From Myxococcota bacterium (GTDB taxonomy: Bacteria; Myxococcota_A; UBA9160; UBA4427), in contig JAYZFK010000062.1 of the NCBI GenBank assembly GCA_036336835.1, forward strand, positions 1 to 64,000: 64,000 nt of DNA, read 5' to 3'. Shown in pieces: positions 28,144-38,523 of this stretch. Positions within the stretch are counted from its first letter, which is position 1; every line of letters begins with the position of its first letter. The position numbers were made by a program, and so were the translations under genes. The notes below the pieces were generated by a model, which was given only the letters and a program-made list of their open reading frames with translations, was not told the DNA's origin and made no database searches.

Positions 28144-29133
28144 ATGTCCCAGGTGAGCTCGCTCGAGAGCGTGACCCCGGCCCTGTCGATCCAGCTGATG
28201 AACTTCGCGGCCAAGGATCCGGGCCCGGGGGGCTGGCAGCCGCTGCTCGATCAGGCGCGCGCTGCTGATGCGGCGGGGATCGACCGGCTCGTCTTGTCGG
28301 ACCACGTGATCCTCGGCGAGCACCTCGAGGAATACGCCAGGCCCGAGGTCGGCGGCACCAAGGGCGGCCGACAGCCGACAGGCCCGGACGGCCACTGGCT
28401 CGAGCCGATGACCCTGCTGTCGGTGCTCGCCGGCATCACGTCGCACAGCCGGCTGCTGACCGGGATCCTGATCGCCGCGCTGAGGCGCCCGGTCGTGCTC
28501 GCCAAGAGTGCCGCGACGCTCGACGTGCTGTCGCGCGGCCGTCTCGACCTCGGTGTCGGCGTCGGCTGGCAGCGCGAAGAGTACGAGGCCGCCGGCATGC
28601 CGTTCGAGGGCCGCGGACACCTGCTCGATCACACGCTCGACGTCTGCCAGACCCTGTGGCGCAACTCGAGCGCGAGCTACGACTCCGACCTGCTCCAGTT
28701 CGAGAAGATCCACTGCAACCCGCAGCCGCTGCAGACGGGCGGCGTCCCATTCTGGGTCAGCGGCAGGCTCAACGCGAACGTGCTGCGGCGCATCGGCCGC
28801 TTCGGCAGCGGCTGGATCCCGTGGGGCGACGATGCCATCGACCCGGGCGCGGGCATGCCCAGGGTGCGAGAAGCCCTCGACCAGGCCGGCCGCGACGCCA
28901 GCGGCTTCCAGGTCACGGCGGCCCTCCCCAGTGTGAAGGGCGACGCAGGCCTCGACCTCGATCGAACCATGGAACGTGTTCCTTCCATGGTCGAGGCCGG
29001 GATCACCGACTTCCGCGCCTATCTCCCGATCCCCGACGACCCGAGCTCCGCCGAGGACTTCCTCTCCCAGGTGGTCAGCGCCTTCCGAGAAGCCACGGGC
29101 CGAGCCGGCCCGAGCGCGCGCGACCGGGGTTGA
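28144..29133 (+). CDS. LLM-class (probably F420-dependent) oxidoreductase
   Basis: LSDHV, LAKSAATLDVLSRGRLDLGVGVGWQREEY. Confidence 0.9.
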   Translation: MSQVSSLESVTPALSIQLMNFAAKDPGPGGWQPLLDQARAADAAGIDRLVLSDHVILGEHLEEYARPEVGGTKGGRQPTGPDGHWLEPMTLLSVLAGITSHSRLLTGILIAALRRPVVLAKSAATLDVLSRGRLDLGVGVGWQREEYEAAGMPFEGRGHLLDHTLDVCQTLWRNSSASYDSDLLQFEKIHCNPQPLQTGGVPFWVSGRLNANVLRRIGRFGSGWIPWGDDAIDPGAGMPRVREALDQAGRDASGFQVTAALPSVKGDAGLDLDRTMERVPSMVEAGITDFRAYLPIPDDPSSAEDFLSQVVSAFREATGRAGPSARDRG

Positions 29134-29206
29134 ATCCCGGGCTGCTCGACTCTTCGCCGTGCGCGGCGAGGTCGAGCGGGAGCGGAGCCGCAGGGCGCTG
29201 GACTCG

Positions 29207-30127
29207 TCAGGTGCCCTGCTTGTCCTCCAGCTGCATGCGGCCCAGAAGATCGTCGACGAATTGCCGGGCGACCCGGCCGGAGCGGCTGGCACGCTCGAGC
29301 GCCCAGCGCAGGGCATCCGCCCGGACGGCTTCGCGATCGAGCTCGTCGAGGTGGGCCTTGTCCAGGTAGTGCCACACGATCGCGAGATAGGTGTCCTGGT
29401 CGAATGGGTAGAAGCCGAGCTTCAGGCCGAAACGGTCCGAAAGCGCGAGCTTCTCGTCGAGCGCCTCGCCAAGGTGCAGCTCGCCGCGCTCGTCGACGCG
29501 GGCAGCGCGATTGTCGGCCATGCTCTCCGGCAGCAAGTGGCGCCGATTGCTGGTCGCAACGATCCGCACACTCTCGGGCGGACCGTCGAGACTACCCTCG
29601 AGCGCGGCCTTGAGCTCACGATAGCCCGGCTCCCCCGGGCCAAACGACAGATCGTCGGCGAACAGCAGGAAGCGGTGATGCGGACCGCTGCTGCGCAGGG
29701 CTGCGAGCACGTGCGGCAGCTGGATCAGCTCGTCGCGGTGCACCTCGACCACGCGGAGCCCCTGTGGGCCGAACCGCGCAAGCAGCCCCTTGACTGCCGA
29801 CGACTTCCCCGTGCCTCGCTCACCGTAGAGCAGCACGTTGTTTGCGGGCAGCCCACGCAGGTGCTGCTCGGTGTTGCGAACCAGCCGCGCGACGTTCTCG
29901 TCGACGCCGACCAGATCGTCGAGCTCGAACAGGGAAGGCGAATCGATCGCGACCAGATGTCCGTCGCGCGCCGCTCCAGCTGCCTCGGGCGACACCTCCC
30001 AGCGAAAGGCGAGGCTGCGGTCGAAGAAGTCCGAGCCGTAGTCGATGGGGCCCATGCGACCGAGCCACTCTTCCGCCAGAGCGAGCACGCGCTCCAGCCG
30101 ATCGACGATGCGCGCGAGGCGACCCAT
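29207..30127 (-). CDS. DUF815 family AAA+ ATP-binding protein
   Basis: PANNVLLYGERGTGKSS, FADDLSF, LKAALEGS, ATSNRRHLLPE, LSDRFGL, SGRVARQF. Confidence 0.93.
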   Translation of the reverse strand: MGRLARIVDRLERVLALAEEWLGRMGPIDYGSDFFDRSLAFRWEVSPEAAGAARDGHLVAIDSPSLFELDDLVGVDENVARLVRNTEQHLRGLPANNVLLYGERGTGKSSAVKGLLARFGPQGLRVVEVHRDELIQLPHVLAALRSSGPHHRFLLFADDLSFGPGEPGYRELKAALEGSLDGPPESVRIVATSNRRHLLPESMADNRAARVDERGELHLGEALDEKLALSDRFGLKLGFYPFDQDTYLAIVWHYLDKAHLDELDREAVRADALRWALERASRSGRVARQFVDDLLGRMQLEDKQGT

Positions 30128-30151
30128 GGGCGCGGATTGTAGACTCTGACC
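30128..30151. promoter_or_regulatory. Putative bidirectional promoter with overlapping -10 hexamers
   Basis: 24-bp gap between divergent ATGs. TAGACT (+, 30140-30145) lies 6 nt before ATG 30152; TACAAT (-, 30141-30136) lies 8 nt before ATG 30127. No room for an SD. Confidence 0.65.
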
Positions 30152-32644
30152 ATGGCGCGCCACAGCTCGAGCCCAGCGCCCGGCCCGTCGTTTGCGCGCG
30201 CCCTGGCACCCCCGGGGCCGCTGCGAGGCTTGCTGAGGACCCAGCGCGGCACGCTCGAGCTCGACTTCGAGCATGCCACCGGTGAGCTCGCCGTGGCGCG
30301 AGATGGCAGCGTCAGGCTTCGACTGGCACCCGGCGATGTGCTGCCCGCCGAGCTCGGCCCGTGTCTGGGCCGCGAGCCCTGGCCCTTGGCCGCGATCGAT
30401 GCGCGCCCCCGCAGCGCGGGAGGCTTCGTCGTCGCCTGCGGCAGCGCCCAGCTCGCTCCCTCGATCGAGATCGACAGCGATCCGTTCGCGGTTCGGATCG
30501 CACTGCACGACCTCGGCCCGCTCGCGACGCTCGATCGCTTCGGGCTGCGCGCCGAGGCCGGCTCCGCACGGCTGGGAGGCGGCGAGGTCTGCCTGATCAG
30601 CCCGCCCCGCGAGCACCTGTTCGGGCTGGGCCAGAAGCCGGGCCAGCTCGACCGCCGAGGGCGGGCGACGCTGCTGCGCAACCAGGATCCGGGCATCGGG
30701 CTGGCCGCCGACGCGCAGTATTCGTCGATCCCATTCTTGTTGATGCACGACGTGTCGGCGGCTCGCAGCCGCGGGGTACTGCTCGACACCGCCTCCGCGA
30801 GCTTCATCGACGCCGCCTCGGAAGACGACCACACGATCCGACTCGCCTGCGCCCACGGGGCGCTCGACGTCACGATCCACCCCGGCCCCGAGCCCGCCGA
30901 CGTCCTGCGCCGCTTCACCGCGCAGGTGGGTCGCAGCGCACTGCCGCCGCGCTGGGCACTCGGCCATCACCAGTCGCGCTGGTCGTACGGCAGCGAGCGG
31001 GCAGCGCGACGGGTCGCGCGCGAGCTTCGCCGCCGATCACTGCCAACCGACGCCGTCCACCTCGATATCGGTCACATGCGCGGCTACCGCGTCTTCACCT
31101 GGCACGAGCGGCGCTTCCCGGACCCCAAGCGATTGGTCGATTCGCTGAGCGACCAGGGCCTGCACACCGTCGTGTCGACGCACCCGGCGGTGCGCGTCGA
31201 CGACGCGGATCCGCTGTACCGACAGGGCACCGAGCGCGACCTGTTCTGCCGCACCCACCGCCGCGAGCTCTTCAGGCTGCGCATGTGGCCGGGCACGTCG
31301 GTGCTGCCCGACTTCAGCCGAAGCGAGGTGCGCGACTGGTGGGCGGAGCAGCATGCAGACCTGCTCGAGGCGGGCTGTGCCGGCGTCTGGATCGACATGA
31401 ACGAGCCCTCCGGATGGCGGCACGATCTCAGGCTCGGCCGCTCCGGGGTGCCGCTCGTGACCTTCGGTCGCGTCGCCTGGGACGAGCTCTCGCAGCGGAC
31501 GCTCGGCGACGAGAAGGAGAGCGTCGCCCACGAGAGCGTGCGCAACGTGTACGGACTGCAGCAGTGCCGGGCATCGCGCGAGGCTCTCCTGCGGGCTCGT
31601 CCGGACGAGCGTCCGTTCCTGCTCTCGCGTGCCGGCTGCCAGGGCATCCAGCGTCACGCCGCGCTCTGGACCGGCGATTCGCGCAGTCGCTGGGAAGACC
31701 TGCGCGAGAGCGTGCGGATGCTACTCGGCCTGTCGGTCTCCGGGGTGGCCTGGTGCGGCGCCGATATCGGCGGCTTCGCCGGCAACGCGACCCCCGAGCT
31801 GTTTGCGCGCTGGATGCAGATCGGTGCCCTCCAGCCATTCGCGCGCAGCCACTCGTGGTGGCGCGGCCGGCGCCAGGAGCCGTGGCGCTTCGGCCGGTCG
31901 ATCGAGCAGATCGCGCGGCGCGCGCTCGCCCTGCGCATGCGGCTGCTTCCCTATCTGTATTCGCTCCTCCACGAAGCCGAACGCAGCGGTGCGCCGCTGT
32001 GGCGACCGCTGTATTACGAGTTCCCGGCCGACGGCGAGTCCGTGTTCTGTGACGACCAGGTCATGATTGGACCGCTGCTGATGGCCGCGCCGATCCTCGA
32101 GCGCAACGCGCGCGCCAGGGACGTCTACCTCCCGCCCGGCGTCTGGCTCGACTGGTACGACGACGCCCGACACACCGGCCCCAAGCACCTGCGCTCAGCC
32201 GCGCCGCTCGATCGGATCCCGCTGTTCGTGCGCGGCGGGGCACCGCTGCCAATGCAGAGCGCCGAGCTCCACACGGGGGTCGCGCCCCGCGAGCCGCTCG
32301 TCCTCGAGGTGGCTCCGGGAGCGGACGGCGCCTTCACGCTGATCGAGGACGACGGCATCACACCCGACGGGCCGGTTGCGACGACACGACTGCGGGTGTG
32401 CGACCGCCGCGCCGGCAGGCTACGACTCGAAATGGCACGACGTGAAGGCGACTACGACGTCGGCGCGCGCGACCTGCGGGTGTGCCTGCGCGGCGCGGGT
32501 GTGCCGCGCGCCGTCCTGCTCGACGGCGAGCGACTTGCCGAGGGGCACGCCACTCCCGGCTATCGAGTCGAGCGGGGGCGCGTACACGTCCGGCTGCGCG
32601 AGGCCGGTGAGGGCCATACCATCGAGCTGGAACCCGCGCCGTGA
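30152..32644 (+). CDS. Glycoside hydrolase family 31 (alpha-glucosidase-like)
   Basis: PPRWALGHHQSRWSY, WIDMNEP nucleophile, WTGDS, GADIGGF, LLPYLY. Confidence 0.93.
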   Translation: MARHSSSPAPGPSFARALAPPGPLRGLLRTQRGTLELDFEHATGELAVARDGSVRLRLAPGDVLPAELGPCLGREPWPLAAIDARPRSAGGFVVACGSAQLAPSIEIDSDPFAVRIALHDLGPLATLDRFGLRAEAGSARLGGGEVCLISPPREHLFGLGQKPGQLDRRGRATLLRNQDPGIGLAADAQYSSIPFLLMHDVSAARSRGVLLDTASASFIDAASEDDHTIRLACAHGALDVTIHPGPEPADVLRRFTAQVGRSALPPRWALGHHQSRWSYGSERAARRVARELRRRSLPTDAVHLDIGHMRGYRVFTWHERRFPDPKRLVDSLSDQGLHTVVSTHPAVRVDDADPLYRQGTERDLFCRTHRRELFRLRMWPGTSVLPDFSRSEVRDWWAEQHADLLEAGCAGVWIDMNEPSGWRHDLRLGRSGVPLVTFGRVAWDELSQRTLGDEKESVAHESVRNVYGLQQCRASREALLRARPDERPFLLSRAGCQGIQRHAALWTGDSRSRWEDLRESVRMLLGLSVSGVAWCGADIGGFAGNATPELFARWMQIGALQPFARSHSWWRGRRQEPWRFGRSIEQIARRALALRMRLLPYLYSLLHEAERSGAPLWRPLYYEFPADGESVFCDDQVMIGPLLMAAPILERNARARDVYLPPGVWLDWYDDARHTGPKHLRSAAPLDRIPLFVRGGAPLPMQSAELHTGVAPREPLVLEVAPGADGAFTLIEDDGITPDGPVATTRLRVCDRRAGRLRLEMARREGDYDVGARDLRVCLRGAGVPRAVLLDGERLAEGHATPGYRVERGRVHVRLREAGEGHTIELEPAP

Positions 32645-32835
32645 ACGAGGCGGAGGCCAGCAGGGAGATTGGCCTGTGCAGCCGCTGTGGGCACGCACAG
32701 GTGCAGCAGAGCGCCCGGGGCAGCCGCTTCTGGCGCTGCGCGCTCGCGGACGCCGACCCGCACTACCCGCGATATCCGCCGCTTCCGGTCCAGGCGTGCG
32801 CGGGATTCGAGCCAGGCAAGCTGTCCTCTGGCTAG
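32641..32835 (+). CDS. Small 4-Cys protein, putative metal-binding
   Basis: 64 aa; CSRC..FWRC..YPRYPPLPVQAC; GTGA overlap with the GH31 stop. Confidence 0.7.
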   Translation: MNEAEASREIGLCSRCGHAQVQQSARGSRFWRCALADADPHYPRYPPLPVQACAGFEPGKLSSG

Positions 32836-32999
32836 CAGTACGCCTTGCTGAAACTGCGTTTGAAAAGCCGCCTGCGGCATGACGCGGCGCGGCACGGCTC
32901 TGCCTTGGCGCACGCGCCGATATTTTCCTAATCAATCCTTCTTGTTCGAAGCGCGCCCCGCCCGTCAGAGGGGGGCGCGGCTGGGGTCGGTGAGGGGTC

Positions 33000-35099
33000 G
33001 TGCCGCATCCGATCGTCGAGGACGAGCTAGTGCAGCTCGAGTGGGTGAGGGAGAAGCTCGCCTCGCTCCCCGAGGCGCAGAGCGCTTCGGAAGCGCCGAT
33101 CGTGCGCGAACTCCTGACGCTGCGCGATGCGCTGGTGTCCGGATCCGAGAACAAGGATCGCATGGCGCTGATGCAGGAGTGGTACCGCCAGCAGGCGCTG
33201 CTGCGCCAGATCCGCGCGGGCAAGCCCAGCGGCGAGGTCGATCCACGCTCGCCCTACTTCGCCCATCTTCGACTGCGCGAGCAGCAAGCCGATCGCAACC
33301 TCTTCCTCGGCCGCGCGACGTGTATCGAGCAGGGCATCCGCATCGTCGATTGGCGCAATGCCCCGATCACTCGAATCTTCTATCGCTACCAGCAGGGCGA
33401 CGAGTACGAAGAAGAGTTCGCCGGACGCCGGCGCGAGGGGGAGGTCGTCGCCCGCCGGATGGTGCGGATCCGAGACGGACACCTCGAACGCATTGACGCG
33501 CCCGAGGGCATCTTCCAGTGCGACGCCGGTGATCCGAGCGACTCCAGCACATGGGAGCAGAGCCCGCGCGAGGCACCTCGGCTGGCGGGTGGCGAAGCGT
33601 CGGCCCTGCGCGCGCACGAGGGGACCGAGGCCGGCGACCGACTGCTCGCAACCGACACCCACGGGCGCATCCAGCGCGCGGACAAGCGCCTGGCGGAGAT
33701 CACGGGCCTGATCGACCCCTCGCAGTTCGACCTGATCACGCGCAGCGACAGCGGCTTCCTGGTAATCCGGGGCAGCGCAGGCTCGGGCAAGACGACGGTT
33801 GCGCTTCACCGCATCGCGTACCTCGCCTACGACGACCCGGGCGTCGACAGCGACCGCACGCTGTTCGTCGTGTTCTCTCGCGCGCTCCGCAACTATGTAT
33901 CCGCCGTCCTGCCCGCGCTCGATGTGACGGACGTGAACGTAATCACCTACCAGGAGTGGGCTTCTCGGCAACGGCGCCGGCACTTTCCGCAGCTTCCGAC
34001 CGAGCAGCGCCAGGACACGCCCGCCTTCGTTACGCGCCTCAAGCTCCATCCCGTGATTGGCAAGGCGCTCGAGCAGCACATCCGATCGGTACCGGGTCGA
34101 TCCGATCGACGTCAGGTGATCGACGACTGGGCCAGCCTGCTGACCAACGGGCGACTGCTGCGCGAGTTGATCGCCCGCGAGGCACCCGGGGACTATCGCG
34201 AAGCCGACGTCAACCGCTTCGTCGACTGGCACCGCAAACGCAACGAAGAGGTCTTCGCCCACCAGGCGGGTGATCGCGACGCAAGGGCCGAGCTCGATCC
34301 CGAGGACGACGCACTGCTTCTCCGAGCCTGGCAGCTGCGGGTGGGGCCGCTGCAGACCGGCGGAAAGCGGCCGTTGCGTTACCGCCACGTCGCGATCGAC
34401 GAGGTGCAGGACTTCGCTCCGATCGAGGTGCAGGTGCTGCTCGATTGCCTCGACCGACGCAAGAGCATCACACTAGCCGGCGATACGCAGCAGCATGTGA
34501 TGCAGGCCAGCGGCTTCACGTCCTGGAGCGACTTCTTTCGCCACCTCGACGTACCGGGCATGTCGATCGACACGCTGCGTACCAGCTATCGCTCGTCGCA
34601 CGAGATCGCCTCCTTCGCGCTCGGCGTACTCGGCGACCTGCGCGAGGACGACGCGCCACCGCAAACCACCCGCAGCGGACCGCCCGTCGAGCTCTTCCGC
34701 TTCACCGACCACGGCGCGAGCGTAGCCTTCCTGGCCGACGCGTTTCGCCAGCTCGCGAACGACGAGCCGCTGGCCTCGGTGGCATTGCTGACACCATCTG
34801 CACAGCTCTCGCAGCTCTACTTAGAGGCCTTCGAGCGCTGCGAGCTACCGCGTCTGCAACGAGTCATCGATCAGGATTTCAGCTTCGAGCCCGGCATAGA
34901 GATCACCGAGGTCGAGCAGGTGAAGGGACTCGAGTTCGACTACGTGGTGGTGCTCGACGCGAGCGCCGTCCACTACCCCGACACACCCGCAGCGCGACGT
35001 CTGCTCCACGTGGCTGCAACACGCGCCGTCCACCAGCTGTGGCTCACCACGATTGGAACGCCGTCGCCCATGTTGGCCGAAGCCGCCAAAACGCAGTAA
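33000..35099 (+). CDS. HelD-like SF1 helicase/ATPase (RNA polymerase recycling family)
   Basis: SPYFAHL, IVDWRNAPITRIFY, GSAGSGKTTVALHRIAYL, IDEVQD, AGDTQQ, SYRS, KGLEFD, VAATRA. Confidence 0.85.
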   Translation: MPHPIVEDELVQLEWVREKLASLPEAQSASEAPIVRELLTLRDALVSGSENKDRMALMQEWYRQQALLRQIRAGKPSGEVDPRSPYFAHLRLREQQADRNLFLGRATCIEQGIRIVDWRNAPITRIFYRYQQGDEYEEEFAGRRREGEVVARRMVRIRDGHLERIDAPEGIFQCDAGDPSDSSTWEQSPREAPRLAGGEASALRAHEGTEAGDRLLATDTHGRIQRADKRLAEITGLIDPSQFDLITRSDSGFLVIRGSAGSGKTTVALHRIAYLAYDDPGVDSDRTLFVVFSRALRNYVSAVLPALDVTDVNVITYQEWASRQRRRHFPQLPTEQRQDTPAFVTRLKLHPVIGKALEQHIRSVPGRSDRRQVIDDWASLLTNGRLLRELIAREAPGDYREADVNRFVDWHRKRNEEVFAHQAGDRDARAELDPEDDALLLRAWQLRVGPLQTGGKRPLRYRHVAIDEVQDFAPIEVQVLLDCLDRRKSITLAGDTQQHVMQASGFTSWSDFFRHLDVPGMSIDTLRTSYRSSHEIASFALGVLGDLREDDAPPQTTRSGPPVELFRFTDHGASVAFLADAFRQLANDEPLASVALLTPSAQLSQLYLEAFERCELPRLQRVIDQDFSFEPGIEITEVEQVKGLEFDYVVVLDASAVHYPDTPAARRLLHVAATRAVHQLWLTTIGTPSPMLAEAAKTQ

Positions 35100-35112
35100 A
35101 CCGAGGACCTCG

Positions 35113-36627
35113 ATGTACACATTGGCGGATCCTGTCGCGCGCGCGGAACGACAAATGGGCAGTCGCACAGCGATCGTCTGCGGCGACGAGCGCGCGAGCT
35201 TCGCCGAGTTGGGGCAGCGTTGTCGCAGGCTTGCCGGGGCGCTCGACAGCCTCGGTCTCGAGCGCGGTGATCGCGTCGCAATCCTCGCAGCAAACTCACC
35301 TGCCTACATCGAAGTCTACATGGGCGTTCCGGCCGCAGGCTACGTCGTGGTGCCTCTCAACTGGCGTCACGCCGAGCCCGAGCTTCGCTATGCACTCGAG
35401 GATTCGTCTGCCAGGGTGCTGATCACCGATCGCGATCCGGGCGCGCTGGCCGGTGTGGTCGAGCACGTCGTGATGTTGCCCGACGCGTACGAAGCACTCG
35501 TGAGCAGCGCTGGCGAGCGGACGCTCGGCGAAGCTGTCGGCGAGGACGATCTGGCCGGGCTCTTCTACACTGGCGGGACCACCGGTAGCTCCAAGGGCGT
35601 GATGCTCACGCACCGCGCACTGCTCGCGAACGCGTTTCATTTCAACACGGCACTTCCACTCGACCCAGACGACATCGTGCTCGTGATGGCGCCGATGTTC
35701 CACGCAGCCGGGTCCGTGTGGATCGCGCCCGCGGTCTGGCTCGGCTGTCGCCAGGTACCGGTCCCGGTATTCGACCCGAAGACAGTGCTCGAGGCGATCG
35801 AGCGCGAGCGCTGCAGCGTGACCCTCGGTGTGCCGACGATGCTCGCAGCGATCGCGGAGGAGCAGATCGCAAGCCCGCGCGATACATCGAGCCTGCGTCT
35901 GATCGTGCACGGCGGCTCGCCGATCGCCAGCGAGACGCTGCGCCGCCTGCACGGCGCGATTCCGCACTGCGAGATCGTCGAAATCTACGGCGCCACCGAG
36001 ATGGGACCGATCGCAACGGCCCTGCGTCACGAGGAGCAGCTCGTCGGCGGACCGCGCGGGCGCTCCTGCGGCCAGGCAGTGCCTGGCGTCGGTCTGCGCG
36101 TCATCGACGACGACTGGAACGAGCTCGCTGTCGGAGAGACGGGTGAAATCGCGGTACGCGGTCCCAACCTGATGACCGGCTACTGGAACAAGCCGGAGCA
36201 GACCGCCGAGGTATTGCGCGACGACTGGTACCGCTCCGGCGACCTGGGCTACCAGGATGACGAGGGATTCGTGTTCCTGGTCGATCGCGCCAAGGACATG
36301 ATCGTCTCGGGCGGAGAGAACGTGTACTGCACCGAAGTCGAGGAGGTGCTGTACCAGCACCCCGGCGTGCTCGAAGCCGGCGTCTTCGGTATCCCGGATG
36401 ACAAGTGGGGCGAGGCGGTGCACGCCATCGTGGTGCGTCGGTCCGAAGCCCCAGACCTGAGTGCCGAGGAGCTGATCGCATTCTGTCGCGAGCGACTCGG
36501 CGGCTACAAGATTCCGAAGGGCATCGACTTCCAGACGCAGGAGCTGCCCAAGTCGGGACCGGGCAAGATTCTGAAGCGCGCGCTGCGCGAGCCGTACTGG
36601 AAGGAACACGAACGCCAGATCAACTAG
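35113..36627 (+). CDS. Acyl-CoA synthetase / long-chain fatty acid-CoA ligase
   Basis: YTGGTTGSSKG, YGATE, SGDLG, DRAKDMIVSGGENVY, PKSGPGKILK. Confidence 0.94.
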   Translation: MYTLADPVARAERQMGSRTAIVCGDERASFAELGQRCRRLAGALDSLGLERGDRVAILAANSPAYIEVYMGVPAAGYVVVPLNWRHAEPELRYALEDSSARVLITDRDPGALAGVVEHVVMLPDAYEALVSSAGERTLGEAVGEDDLAGLFYTGGTTGSSKGVMLTHRALLANAFHFNTALPLDPDDIVLVMAPMFHAAGSVWIAPAVWLGCRQVPVPVFDPKTVLEAIERERCSVTLGVPTMLAAIAEEQIASPRDTSSLRLIVHGGSPIASETLRRLHGAIPHCEIVEIYGATEMGPIATALRHEEQLVGGPRGRSCGQAVPGVGLRVIDDDWNELAVGETGEIAVRGPNLMTGYWNKPEQTAEVLRDDWYRSGDLGYQDDEGFVFLVDRAKDMIVSGGENVYCTEVEEVLYQHPGVLEAGVFGIPDDKWGEAVHAIVVRRSEAPDLSAEELIAFCRERLGGYKIPKGIDFQTQELPKSGPGKILKRALREPYWKEHERQIN

Positions 36628-36651
36628 GACGCCGAGCCCCGGCCCCGCCGC

Positions 36652-37980
36652 TCACTCGTCACTCGACTCCGGCGAGATCTCCTCGAGCTCGCGCCCTGCG
36701 GTCTCGGGAATCAGGAACACCATGAGCGCGGGAACCAGCAGCAGCGGCAGCAGCCACGTGATCGCGACCGCGTGCGCAAGCTGCTCAGCACCCGGCGCGC
36801 CCGCCAGCGACTCGAGCGCGGCGGGGTAGAGCGCGCTCTCGATCTGGTAACCGGTGAAACCGCCCAGCGTCGCGACCATCAGCCGCGCGCCCGCAGCCGT
36901 GGAACGATACGAGGTCGGGAACAGCTCGCTTCCGAGCGCCTTCAGGATCACGCCCATGCCGGTCGCCGCGAACACGATCCCGATCCATCCGGCGATCGCG
37001 ATGGCGTCACTGCCGTTGTAGAACCCGTAGGCCGAAGTGGCGTGCAGCAAGATCATTCCCAGCAGCACCGCGCGCCAGCCAATGCGACCGCCGACCTCGG
37101 CCGCAGCGAAGTTGCCGAGGATGCCCAGGCTTCCGCCGACCAGAACGACGGTTGCGACCGACACGCTGTCGTAGCCATGCAGCTCCTGCAGCGTCTTCGA
37201 CAGGAACCCGAAGGCCGTCCAGTGGACCAGATCGAAGCTGAACACGAGTAGCGAGAGTATGACGAGCCGGCGCGGATAGACGGTCAAGAGCTGGACCAGT
37301 GGTCGCAACGTCTCGCGGATTCCGCTCGTAGCGCCGCGCGCAGCCCGGTGCTGCTCGAATCGCTCGGTCTCGGGGAGACTGCGCCGCAGCCACGCGAACA
37401 CCAGCAGCGGCAGGGCGCCAAGCAGGTAGAGCATGCGCCACCCGAACGGCAGCACGTCGATGAACCCGAAGCCGAGAGCGGCACCCCCGTGGCCCAGGGC
37501 CCCGAGTGCGCCGAGCATCCCGATGCCCCATCCGCGATCGCGCGCCGAGAGCTCTTCGATGATGACCACTGCCGCCAACATCACCTCGGCACCGATGAAG
37601 GCGCGGGCGAGGATCTGAGCCCACATGAACTCGACCGGCGTGCGCGCGAAGGCCGTGAGGAAGGTGAAGAACGAGAAGCCGATCACCGTCGCGAGCAACA
37701 GCCGGCGACGACCGATGCGGTCGGCCAGCAGCGTCATGGCGAAGGAGGCCAGCATGCCGAGCCGGATCGTGCCGGCCACAGCTCCGATCTCCGATTCGGC
37801 GATCCCGAGCCCCTCCTGGATCTGCTTGAGCGCAATGCTGACCAGCGCGGCGTCGTAGTTGTCGAAGTACTCCGCCACCGCGAGTAGGCCGAGAACCTTG
37901 CGCTGACGCGGGGTCAGCCGATTGAGCTGCCACCAGCGCCGGCCGCTCCTGGCGTCGGTCGTGAGGGGATCTTCGGGCAA
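36652..37980 (-). CDS. MFS transporter
   Basis: LADRIGRRRLL motif A, EELSARDRG, ELFPTSYRS; about 12 TM segments. Confidence 0.92.
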   Translation of the reverse strand: MPEDPLTTDARSGRRWWQLNRLTPRQRKVLGLLAVAEYFDNYDAALVSIALKQIQEGLGIAESEIGAVAGTIRLGMLASFAMTLLADRIGRRRLLLATVIGFSFFTFLTAFARTPVEFMWAQILARAFIGAEVMLAAVVIIEELSARDRGWGIGMLGALGALGHGGAALGFGFIDVLPFGWRMLYLLGALPLLVFAWLRRSLPETERFEQHRAARGATSGIRETLRPLVQLLTVYPRRLVILSLLVFSFDLVHWTAFGFLSKTLQELHGYDSVSVATVVLVGGSLGILGNFAAAEVGGRIGWRAVLLGMILLHATSAYGFYNGSDAIAIAGWIGIVFAATGMGVILKALGSELFPTSYRSTAAGARLMVATLGGFTGYQIESALYPAALESLAGAPGAEQLAHAVAITWLLPLLLVPALMVFLIPETAGRELEEISPESSDE

Positions 37981-38047
37981 GGCCCGACATGAGTAGTCGA
38001 TCGCGCACTCCGCGCAAGCACGGCCCGTCTGCTGTTAGACTCCACGC

Positions 38048-38500
38048 ATGGCCCTCGACGTGGGCGACCTTGCCCCAGACTTCACTCTGCCCTCCACCCA
38101 GGGCGAGATCACCCTGTCGAAGCAGCTGGCCGCGGGCAGCGTGCTGCTCGTCTTCTATCCGGGCGACGACACGCCGGTATGTACCAAGCAGCTCTGCGAC
38201 TATCGGGACAACATGACTACGTTCGGAGAGCTCGGCGTCCAGGTTCTCGGCATCAATCCGCAGAGCCTCTCGTCGCACGAGCGTTTCGCAGACAAGCGCA
38301 AGCTCCCGTTTCCACTGCTCTCCGACAGCGACAAGTCGACCTGCCGCGCCTATGGTGCGATCGGCCTGCTCGGGATGACCCGGCGCGCGCTGGTCCTGAT
38401 CGGAACCGACGGACGGGTGCGCTGGCAACGCAGTGATCTGCCCATCTTCCATCGCAGCGCCGCCGAGCTTCGCGAGGCGATCGTCGGGCTGCGGGATTGA
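38048..38500 (+). CDS. bcp: Peroxiredoxin, BCP/PrxQ type
   Basis: FYPGDDTPVCTKQLC, FPLLSD. Confidence 0.9.
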   Translation: MALDVGDLAPDFTLPSTQGEITLSKQLAAGSVLLVFYPGDDTPVCTKQLCDYRDNMTTFGELGVQVLGINPQSLSSHERFADKRKLPFPLLSDSDKSTCRAYGAIGLLGMTRRALVLIGTDGRVRWQRSDLPIFHRSAAELREAIVGLRD

Positions 38501-38523
38501 CCACTGGCGAGGAAACCGATTCG

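Noticed and set aside
32836..32999. Rifamycin-associated element upstream of the HelD-like gene
   Set aside because: Only partial GCCTTG matches; the full palindrome is absent.
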